This document shows, in pieces, positions 50,845 to 59,413 of a DNA stretch of 64,000 bases; the stretch's first letter is position 1, and each line of letters starts with the position of its first letter. The stretch is from Candidatus Atabeyarchaeum deiterrae (GTDB lineage Archaea; Asgardarchaeota; Atabeyarchaeia; Atabeyarchaeales; Atabeyarchaeaceae). A program made the position numbers and the translations under genes. The stretch is from the NCBI GenBank assembly GCA_037310415.1, contig CP147780.1, forward strand, positions 704,001-768,000. The letters run 5' to 3'. Under the pieces are notes generated by a model. That model worked only from the letters and a program-made list of their open reading frames with translations. It did no database searches and was not told the DNA's origin.

Positions 50845-52026
50845 CTATATGATCTTCTCCCTCTGAAGCCTCTTGATCTCGTCTTTGGTCAAACCAACTA
50901 CACTAGTGAGTATCTCCTCCGTTTGTTCGCCGAGTTCTGGTGGTGGACTTCTAATACTTCCCGGTGTTTCTGAGAGTTTTATGGGGATTCCAATCTGCTT
51001 GATTATACCAGCAACTGGGTGCTCAATCTCCACAATCATATTCCTATGACGTGTCTGAGGGTCTTTGAATACATCCTCGACCGAGTTTACTGGTCCGCAA
51101 GGCACATCAGCGACGTTAAGAATCCTGATCCACTCGGCAAGAGTTTTGGTCTTGAATGCCTGTCCAAGGGATGAGAACAGTTTTGCCTGCTCACTTGGGT
51201 TCATGAAGTTAATATTGGATAGGTCCTCTCTTCTCAGTGCTTTACATAGATTCTTCCAAAACCATTCTTCAAGGATTCCCAGCGTTAGACACTTGCCATC
51301 CGCAGTTTCATAGACATTGTACGCAGCGAGTGCACCTGAAAGCATCATCTTGCCACGTTGAGGCGACTTACCTTCTCCAAAGTATTCGGCCGCGTGAATT
51401 GTGAGCCAAGAGACTACTCCATCAAACATAGAAACATCCACAAACTGTCCCAACCCCGTTTTCATCCTAGCGATTATAGCGGTCAATATCGAAGTTAGGG
51501 CTAGCATCCCGCCCCCGCCGATATCTGCTATTTGGACACCTGGAACAACTGGAAGTCCGTCTTTCTGACCAGTGATTCCGAGTACCCCTGCATACCCAAT
51601 GTAGTTTATGTCGTGACCAGGAAGATCCCTGTAAGGGCCATCCTGACCGTAACCCGATATCGCACAGTATATCAACCGTGGATTGGCAGCCTTCAACTCA
51701 CCATATCCGATTCCAAGTCTCTTCGCTACGCCGGGTCTGAAGCTTTCCAATACGACATCTGACTTTGACGCCAACTTGATGAAGATCTCTCTGCCTTCTC
51801 TGGATTTCAAATTCAGAGTCAGACTTTTCTTGTTACGGTTGAGCACCAGGTAGCGATAGCTCTTTCCGCGAATCAATGGTGGTACCCAGCGTATGTAGTC
51901 GCCGAAACCCGGTTCCTCGATCTTAATCACTTCGGCTCCTAGATCTGCTAGCATGAGAGAGCAGTATGGTCCAGGCAGCAAGCGCGATAGATCCAATACA
52001 CGGATGCCTTCAAGTGGTAATGGCAT
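50845..52026 (-). CDS. family III CoA transferase / alpha-methylacyl-CoA racemase (CaiB/BaiF)
   Basis: LEGIRVLDLSRLLPGP, LNRNKKS, FRPGV, GHDINY (AMACR-type), ADIGGG. Confidence 0.92.
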   Translation of the reverse strand: MPLPLEGIRVLDLSRLLPGPYCSLMLADLGAEVIKIEEPGFGDYIRWVPPLIRGKSYRYLVLNRNKKSLTLNLKSREGREIFIKLASKSDVVLESFRPGVAKRLGIGYGELKAANPRLIYCAISGYGQDGPYRDLPGHDINYIGYAGVLGITGQKDGLPVVPGVQIADIGGGGMLALTSILTAIIARMKTGLGQFVDVSMFDGVVSWLTIHAAEYFGEGKSPQRGKMMLSGALAAYNVYETADGKCLTLGILEEWFWKNLCKALRREDLSNINFMNPSEQAKLFSSLGQAFKTKTLAEWIRILNVADVPCGPVNSVEDVFKDPQTRHRNMIVEIEHPVAGIIKQIGIPIKLSETPGSIRSPPPELGEQTEEILTSVVGLTKDEIKRLQREKII

Positions 52027-52198
52027 GATTTCGAGACACCTCTAAGACAATCGGTTGAACAACCTGATTGTTCCTAAACTATCTTAAGGAGAACTCTGCT
52101 CAGTTAGATTTATCTGTCGGCAATGATGGCAATGAATTGATTCTTCCAGATATGGTTTAGCGGAATGTTCTTCCGCGTCAGTCACTGAAAAGGGAGAC

Positions 52199-52408
52199 AT
52201 GTTGGACGTATTTAAGGTGCTTGGAAAGAAAGCAAAACTAGTTGACCAAGAATACGCGAGCATCGAGTACGGAAAAAAGAAGGCTATGCAGTTTGCATCA
52301 GAAAGCAAGGGTGTGTTGAATAAGGACATAACATCGTATTTCAAATCAAGCTCAGCTGAAAACAGATTATCTGAACTTGCCGATTCCGTAATAAACGGGG
52401 AGTTCTAA
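52199..52408 (+). CDS. small hypothetical protein or gene remnant
   Basis: 69-aa ORF with an upstream GGGAG; protein-like composition but no recognisable motif. Confidence 0.3.
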   Translation: MLDVFKVLGKKAKLVDQEYASIEYGKKKAMQFASESKGVLNKDITSYFKSSSAENRLSELADSVINGEF

Positions 52409-52451
52409 GAAGAAAAAGAGGTTGGCAGTTATTTCATCTGTGATCAGTCTC

Positions 52452-53267
52452 TCATAGTCCTTGAACAAACCACTGCCAAGCGATCGGGACGACGACTCCG
52501 ATCTGAACTAGTATTATGAAGATCACCAAGGTTGTCAACATCGGGACCGTGATATTGTCGATTCCGAATGGCGTTATTGCCTCTATTATCGTGGCCGTGA
52601 AAGCAGCTATCAGTGCGATCTCAAACATAAGGAGAACGGAGAGCCCAGGTGAAACGTAGTCCGGTCGTATAATAGGTACTATTGAATTGAAGTAGAACAT
52701 TGTTGCTAGAGATGCAAGGAATCCAAACACAAAGAGAGTTACCGAGCCAACAACGCTTCGAGTGCAACCCATGACCTCATACTGGCTGCTGCTGCCAAAC
52801 CGTTTGCCCATGAGGCAGGCCAGGCCGTCTCCCCAGATCATTATCTCGATTCCGATTGCGCCTATGAAGAAGTATGGGTAGTACGACCCATACCCGAATG
52901 CTGAAACAAGTGTTGCAATCGAGATTATATACAAAAGAGGTCCTATGATGTGCCCTTTCTTACGATCCATGTCTCTCGCCATCGAATCGAACATGTCTCG
53001 AAATGGCTTGACACGGCTCTTTGGGGTCAGTAAAAGCACAAAGATCGCTAGTACCCAAGGTGCTATTGATACAGCCCAAGCATGTTGATAAAGTGGCCAC
53101 GTGAGAATAGCATTTCCAGCTCCCATATGAACGATTTTTCTTGAGATATCAGATTTCTTGGAACCACTTCTTCTTTTCAGGATCATGCCTAGTCCTATGA
53201 CCACAAACACATAAACGAATGTTACCAAGAGCGCCAATATGTCATTTGGAAAGATGCTATCAGACAA
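52452..53267 (-). CDS. CTP-dependent isoprenoid alcohol kinase (phytol/farnesol/dolichol kinase; VTE5/SEC59/DGK1 family)
   Basis: SRKIVH, GPLLY, WGDGLA..GKRFG, RS..GS, DNITVP; multi-TM. Confidence 0.85.
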   Translation of the reverse strand: MSDSIFPNDILALLVTFVYVFVVIGLGMILKRRSGSKKSDISRKIVHMGAGNAILTWPLYQHAWAVSIAPWVLAIFVLLLTPKSRVKPFRDMFDSMARDMDRKKGHIIGPLLYIISIATLVSAFGYGSYYPYFFIGAIGIEIMIWGDGLACLMGKRFGSSSQYEVMGCTRSVVGSVTLFVFGFLASLATMFYFNSIVPIIRPDYVSPGLSVLLMFEIALIAAFTATIIEAITPFGIDNITVPMLTTLVIFIILVQIGVVVPIAWQWFVQGL

Positions 53268-53591
53268 ACCGACTACTCCTCCTTCCAGTTGTCATCTGTT
53301 AAGATACCCGAGACATTCGCATATAGTCTTCTGCTTCGTTGTTAGTGGTTATAATCCTTGCTAATTCGATGTTTGCGAGTCATTCTTCGAGGGACCGAGT
53401 CAGCTTCCGCGAACAAAAGCTATTTAAACAGATTTCCAGTAGATAATTAAGTCAATACATCATTGTCTTTCCAAGTTCTCCGCGGTTCTTGGGAAGCGAA
53501 TAGGCTGCTTTTTCCACCGATAGCATCTATCATTCGGACCCTTGCGGGTTACACTGTGTAGCTGCATAACACTAGTGGAAGGTGCAATTAG

Positions 53592-54338
53592 ATGTCAGAT
53601 TCATTAACGAATGAGTACGAGGATTTAGCTCAAGGGATAGCCGGGGAAATGACGCTTTCTGACGAACCAGGAAGAGTAATGAAGAAATGGAGAGAGAAAT
53701 TCCAAGTTCCGCAGAAAGATCTCGCTGAGTACCTTACCATTTCTCCTTCAGTCATAAGTGACTACGAAAGCGGAAGACGAATGTCCCCTAGAGTGGAGAC
53801 GATAAGAAAGTTCGTCGATGGGTTACTGCTTCTGGATCACAGAAGGGGAAGCCCAGTCTCGAAAGGTCTCAAGAGAGTTGTAGGAACAGGAATACCCAGC
53901 GACATCCTACTTGATCTGAGGAAGTTCCTTGTACCCATGAAAGTAAAAGAGTTCTGTGAATGTCTCCATTGCAAGATCGTCGTAGGGAAAGACTTCACTG
54001 GCAGAGAGATCTGGGGCTACACAGCAATAAACAGCGTGGCTGCAATACTCAGGCTTGACGTCAAGCAACTGCTTGAACTATATCGCCAGACTATTGATGG
54101 CTCGTCGATCTTTACAAATGTGACGACCGGAAGGTCGCCACTAGTCGCAATCAAAAGCAGCCAGATAGGGTTTAGAAACAAGTCGAAACCAACACTCATA
54201 GTACTACATGGGCTTGACCCGAACAAAGTGGACATCGTAGCGTTGAAAATAGCCGAAGCTGAGGAGATTCCCCTGGCCGTATCAACGATAAAAGGCGTGG
54301 ATGAACTAGTCAGGACACTACGAAACATCAATCCATAA
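53592..54338 (+). CDS. XRE-HTH regulator (archaeal COG1709-like)
   Basis: IAGEMTLS..PG..MKKWRE.F, SVISDYESGRR, FTNVTTGRSP.VAI. Confidence 0.88.
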   Translation: MSDSLTNEYEDLAQGIAGEMTLSDEPGRVMKKWREKFQVPQKDLAEYLTISPSVISDYESGRRMSPRVETIRKFVDGLLLLDHRRGSPVSKGLKRVVGTGIPSDILLDLRKFLVPMKVKEFCECLHCKIVVGKDFTGREIWGYTAINSVAAILRLDVKQLLELYRQTIDGSSIFTNVTTGRSPLVAIKSSQIGFRNKSKPTLIVLHGLDPNKVDIVALKIAEAEEIPLAVSTIKGVDELVRTLRNINP

Positions 54339-54346
54339 TAACGGAA

Positions 54347-54934
54347 TCACTTCAACATTCCCATCTCTTTTCGAGAAATGAGTGTATTCAGTTCACTTTC
54401 TATGTCTTTTGAGTGTTGAAGTGCTCGGGAAAGAGCAGCACTCTTCCCATATTTCCTGAACCACTTACCAAATCTTTCATCTAGTGTAGTTCTCTTGTTC
54501 TCCAGAGTAATCTTGTCGGCATAGCACACTATTTTTTCTTCCAAAGTCATTTCGGGATCGTTGTTCTTACCAGGCTGCCGATCTTCGTCTTTCGCACTCG
54601 GAAGCATTCCGCACAGAACGTGCTTCTTTGCAATTCTGGCGAGAGAGTCAGGATAGCCTAAGTGAAGTAATGTCTCCTCTCCGACTTGGCCATGTTCTAT
54701 TCCGTGAACCTTATGTCTCCCAATGTCATGCAGGAGAGCGCCAGCCTCAACTAGATTTAAGTCAACACTTACTCCATTTTTCTTTATTTTCTCCGCGATC
54801 TCAAGTGAAGTTTTGCTGACAGCTATCGAATGCTGAACAGTTTTCTCGTTAAGACCAAGTCTTCTGAGGAGAAGCAAACACTCCTCCTTGTTTGGAATCC
54901 CTCTCCTCAATACAAAAACCGCCTGATCAGTCAA
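54347..54934 (-). CDS. HD-domain (HDIG) phosphohydrolase
   Basis: HS..V, LLHDIG, HG, EEKIVCYADK. Confidence 0.88.
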   Translation of the reverse strand: MTDQAVFVLRRGIPNKEECLLLLRRLGLNEKTVQHSIAVSKTSLEIAEKIKKNGVSVDLNLVEAGALLHDIGRHKVHGIEHGQVGEETLLHLGYPDSLARIAKKHVLCGMLPSAKDEDRQPGKNNDPEMTLEEKIVCYADKITLENKRTTLDERFGKWFRKYGKSAALSRALQHSKDIESELNTLISRKEMGMLK

Positions 54935-54947
54935 TCTACGCGAAGCT

Positions 54948-55976
54948 TCACACGTACCTCTTGGGTGGCGTTGCGCCTCTTAGATCAATGATAGAGTAAA
55001 TGTCTGGTCCCGTTCCGACAAGTGTGACTGGCACACCAGTGTTTTCCTCAACCTTCTTGATGAAAGACGAAGCCTCTCTTGGAATATCTTCGAGCGTCAT
55101 TGCATCTTTGCATTGAGGGTATACCACATCAAGTTTCGTTATCGCTATTTGAGTCGCACCGCTGAGCAAAACAGCCCTCCGCGCTAGATCAAAGTTGAAC
55201 GGAGCAGCCCTTCGAAGTCTGCCCGTCACGGTACCGTATTCGACCCAACCTCTCCTTTTAGTTTCCTCCTCGCTGAGTTCTCCAACTAATTCACCGCTGC
55301 CAACACGGGTCACAAATGCCTTGAAAACGACAACAACATCATTGACCCGTGTAGGACCTACACCAACATCAGCACACGCTGCTGCAGCACATACATCCTT
55401 GCTCGTGCAATACGGGTAGGTTCCATGAAACAACGACAGAAAAGTTCCCTGTGTTCCCTCGATTATTACAGGTCTATTCTTGTCTAACGCGTCATTTACC
55501 TCCTTGGGAACATCTGCAAGGAAATACCCTAATTCAGGTATATCTCTCGCGAGCTTAGTCAATCTTAAAGCTCTATCAGCGTTGCAGGGACCAGTTCCAC
55601 TTCCTGTCGTCCCAACTTTGGAAGAAAGATAACTATCACCTTTGTCTCTGTCTATGTGAGACTGCTCGATAATGGCACACTGTTTGTCCACACCGACTCT
55701 TCCTTTGACCTTGGTTCTATCAACTTCATCAAGGAAAACCTTTGGATCAACCAAGACTCCAGGACCAATCAGAAGCCGAGCTTTCTCATATGTAAGCCCA
55801 CTCGGGATCTGCCGCACCTTGATTAAACTTCCCCTAAAACTGAAAGAGTGACCAGCATTCGTCCCCACACCGGACCTCGCAACTATAAAAGGGCGATCTT
55901 TCGCAGAAAGATACGCAACAATCTTGCCCTTCCCTTCGTCTCCGAAGAAACCTCCCGTTACCACCATACAAGGCAA
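54948..55976 (-). CDS. purA: adenylosuccinate synthetase (short archaeal type)
   Basis: GDEGKGK, NAGH, GTTGSG, EGTQG, GTYPY, GTVTGR.RR, TKLD. Confidence 0.97.
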   Translation of the reverse strand: MPCMVVTGGFFGDEGKGKIVAYLSAKDRPFIVARSGVGTNAGHSFSFRGSLIKVRQIPSGLTYEKARLLIGPGVLVDPKVFLDEVDRTKVKGRVGVDKQCAIIEQSHIDRDKGDSYLSSKVGTTGSGTGPCNADRALRLTKLARDIPELGYFLADVPKEVNDALDKNRPVIIEGTQGTFLSLFHGTYPYCTSKDVCAAAACADVGVGPTRVNDVVVVFKAFVTRVGSGELVGELSEEETKRRGWVEYGTVTGRLRRAAPFNFDLARRAVLLSGATQIAITKLDVVYPQCKDAMTLEDIPREASSFIKKVEENTGVPVTLVGTGPDIYSIIDLRGATPPKRYV

Positions 55977-56498
55977 AGACCTATCACCTCACCCACCGAA
56001 CACCCAACCAAGCTTTGTAAACGAACTTATTACAGCTGTCCCAAGCTAATTGGACATACATGGTCATTTGTTGCATGTTTCTAGATGAAGTATAGAGAGT
56101 CTTTTAACCCTTAAGGAGGCTAAGCACATTCTGACAGACTGAATCAATGTCATCCAGAGGCGGGACAATAGCAGGAGGATGAACCTGACTCGCATCGGCG
56201 AATGCGCACCCGGAATCTGACGAGAGGAGCCTGCTTAGAACATTGGAAGAAAAGACTGCGATCGTACAGATGAGATGCATCTCTTCTTCGACACTTACGC
56301 GTTTTCTCCACGGTGTAAACGGCTCTTACTTCGACTCTAACTCCACAATCCATTTGTATGGGACAAGATAGCGCACCAAAACAAGCCTTCCAATATACTT
56401 TTATATCGCTCTTGTCCCAGTAAAGAGTTGCAGTTGAGGAAGGATGTGAGGAGGGAACTGACTTAGGTCCCCTTTCAAAGGGGAAACCATGTTTTGGA

Positions 56499-58826
56499 AT
56501 GAAAAGTCCGATCGGCACTCAAAGGCCTTTGCGCCGTCACGTCATATGCGTATGCCTGATCATGACTTTCATTATCACATCTTCGCAATATGCCGTTGCC
56601 TCAATGCATTCTACTACCCCGACAATCAACGCTCCAATCGACAAGAATTCCCCTACTTCCGCCTACGGCACTAGCTTCCCCTCGCAACAACACCCGGAAT
56701 CAGTTTGCCCGTCGCCACCCGACGCTCAATATCAGCATATTCGAAGCGCTGACTGGGACGAGTGGAGATACAACAACGGGACGCGCGTGAGGAACATTTA
56801 CCTCGCACCGCGCTACGTCTTCAACCCTCTGAACAACTCCTGGTGCGACTTGCCTCTAACAAGGAACAGCACAGGATACAGCGTAGCCACAAGTAGAGTG
56901 TGCGCATACATAGAGCCAGATGCGATCACCCTCTACACGCAAGACTACGCAGAAGCCGTTGCGACAGCACAGCTAGACTGGCCAGCACTTACCTTGTCCA
57001 GCAACCCATCTTTATCTGTGAAGCAGAACTCCTCAGGCGTGTATGTGACCCAGAGTTATCCCTCGTCAAGTGAAGTGAGGGCATCTGTCAACGTCACCTA
57101 TAGCTTTCTCCCAGGTTCGCCCTTGAAAATAGGATTCCTCGTTGCATGGATGGGCTACACCCCGTGTAGTGGGCTTCAGATCAAATGGAGAATCTCGTTA
57201 GCCAGAGATGGCTACTACACATACGGGGGAAACCTGGCAGGCATCGCCTCTCAAACAAGCGAGGTGAAGCAACTACTCGCACCGTCAACCAGAACAAATA
57301 GCTACCTCGCAATACAATTCTACGACTATAATTGCAGCCAAAGTGATGGTGCCAACAGAAACCTGTCTAAGTACTTCCTGATGGGAGTGGATTGGAGTGA
57401 CGCGAAGGGTTCCACCATTCAAGCAGCATTGAACCCAATGGATAGGAGCTTCAAACTAACGTTTGGAAACTTCACCCTCAACAGAGGCGAAATTACGCTC
57501 ATAGATCCCACGGTGACGACCCTCCTCGGTTCAGGCGGTGATTCCACTATAGACTCAAGTTCTCCTGACAGTAATAACGGCTTCGGTTCATCTGCGAGCA
57601 TCATGGCTTTGCTAACCCGTGATGATTACTACACAGCTAAAATAATCATTTGTAGATTTTACATGAAGTTTTCGCTGCAAAGTCTCCCCCTGTACTCATC
57701 AATATCCTCTGCAAAGATATGCTTGTTTCTCTACGCGACATCGAGTACTGCAAGGTACATCGCTGCCCACAATGTTCAGAACAATAATTGGAACGAGAAT
57801 TCAATATATTGGAATGATTGCAACGATCCAGGGGACCCGTATTACTACAATTCCACACCCACATCAACAATTTCAGTGGGCACAGCAACGCAAAAGTACT
57901 ACAATTGGAGCGTAACCAGCGATGCCAGGAACGGGTTACTATATGATCAAGGGAAGGCGTTCAGTGAATGTTTCAAATACACAGACGAGTCTAATGCTCC
58001 AGTTGCACCCAACAGCATCCATAAGAACTTCATTAGCAAGGATGGCGGCTCCCATCTGCCGATCCTGAGTGTGACCTACACATATAAGGCGTACGCCGTG
58101 CTGATAGGTTCAGGTGGAGAAGCGTATAGCAATTGTGCTCGGTTCTACAATGACCTCATGTTCATGTACGACACACTCAAGAGCTACTACTCGTATACGG
58201 ATTCAGAAATCTACGTTCTGTACGCTGACGGCAGTACACCTAGCGCTGGAAACTGTCCAGACTACACTTATGCGGTTTCCCACGTGAACGTGATAGACTA
58301 CAATGCGACGAAGGCGGCTCTGCGAACAGTCTTCGCCACGGTAGCTTCGAAATCGGATAGCCAAACCTTCATTCTAATCTTCATGACAGGACACGGAGGT
58401 TGGGTTGTCAATACATATAATGCAAGCTTCACTACGTGGGGCGGGGATATCTGGGATTATGAATTCGCAAACGCCACCTACCTCGGCAGGATCACATCGT
58501 ATGACGCAGAATGCATCGTCATGGAGCAATGCTACAGCGGAGGATTCATAGGCAACCTTGATAACGGCAAAAGAATAATATACACGGCAATAGATTACGA
58601 ACACGAGTCTCATGCTCTTGGAGACGGGCACTCGTTTGATGCATTCGCCTACTGGTTCACGGATGGTCTGATTCACGGGGACAGACCCCCCTACGACGGG
58701 ACCATTAAACTTCATGAAGCATGGGATTACGCCAACTCTAACGACACACTCGATCGTCCATACGGACCACTGTATTGGCCACAGAATGGTTTCGACCTTC
58801 TCTTCACAGCATGCGGGAGAAATTAA
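56499..58826 (+). CDS. secreted protein: DNRLRE-like domain plus C-terminal clan CD peptidase C13 (legumain-like)
   Basis: Signal-like N-terminus; LIDPT linker; DSTIDSSSPDSNNG..RFYMKF..ISSAK..WNENSIYWN; IFMTGHGG and VMEQCYSGGF His/Cys dyad. Confidence 0.78.
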   Translation: MKSPIGTQRPLRRHVICVCLIMTFIITSSQYAVASMHSTTPTINAPIDKNSPTSAYGTSFPSQQHPESVCPSPPDAQYQHIRSADWDEWRYNNGTRVRNIYLAPRYVFNPLNNSWCDLPLTRNSTGYSVATSRVCAYIEPDAITLYTQDYAEAVATAQLDWPALTLSSNPSLSVKQNSSGVYVTQSYPSSSEVRASVNVTYSFLPGSPLKIGFLVAWMGYTPCSGLQIKWRISLARDGYYTYGGNLAGIASQTSEVKQLLAPSTRTNSYLAIQFYDYNCSQSDGANRNLSKYFLMGVDWSDAKGSTIQAALNPMDRSFKLTFGNFTLNRGEITLIDPTVTTLLGSGGDSTIDSSSPDSNNGFGSSASIMALLTRDDYYTAKIIICRFYMKFSLQSLPLYSSISSAKICLFLYATSSTARYIAAHNVQNNNWNENSIYWNDCNDPGDPYYYNSTPTSTISVGTATQKYYNWSVTSDARNGLLYDQGKAFSECFKYTDESNAPVAPNSIHKNFISKDGGSHLPILSVTYTYKAYAVLIGSGGEAYSNCARFYNDLMFMYDTLKSYYSYTDSEIYVLYADGSTPSAGNCPDYTYAVSHVNVIDYNATKAALRTVFATVASKSDSQTFILIFMTGHGGWVVNTYNASFTTWGGDIWDYEFANATYLGRITSYDAECIVMEQCYSGGFIGNLDNGKRIIYTAIDYEHESHALGDGHSFDAFAYWFTDGLIHGDRPPYDGTIKLHEAWDYANSNDTLDRPYGPLYWPQNGFDLLFTACGRN

Positions 58827-59413
58827 CATTTTCTTGCTAGGAAACAGTCGAGACAATATGCTGTGTGTTCAATGACCTTGTCCTTTCAAGTGCAGAGGAA
58901 ACGAGCAAGAGGCATGAATCACTGGTTGCCACGAGCCAAAGATGTCGTATCAGGTGACCATAAGGCAATGAGTCAAATCGATTTCACCAACAATCTCAAG
59001 AATACAAGGATCCCAATGCTGATAATTCAACGCGCTGATTTTCTACTCACCGCTTTGTCCACAGCGCAGTGCCTCCAAGATGAGCGTAGTCCAAGCTCAA
59101 GGCAGCCAATAATGCTGGGCATGTGAACATGGTTGAGAAGCCTAAGAAAGAAACTCGACAAAGTGATTCTTGGGTTTACTGGAGTCTGATAATCTGCTAT
59201 GGTGTCCCAAGGAAAGCAATATCATCCAGCTTCGAACAGCGCACGAGTTCCAATCTTGCTGATTCATGAGACATAGTATTTCCTCTTGCCTCAGAAAGAA
59301 CCCGATAATGAAAACGTGGCGTTATGCTTCCCATGCAACAAGATATTTGTATACGTTCACCCAAAGTCTACCCAGAATGGCCCATATGCCTGGTTGGAAG
59401 GAGGGAAGCCTGA

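Noticed and set aside
53280-53450. TTCCAGT motifs resembling origin recognition boxes
   Set aside because: Only short partial matches; no orc1/cdc6 gene or G-string nearby
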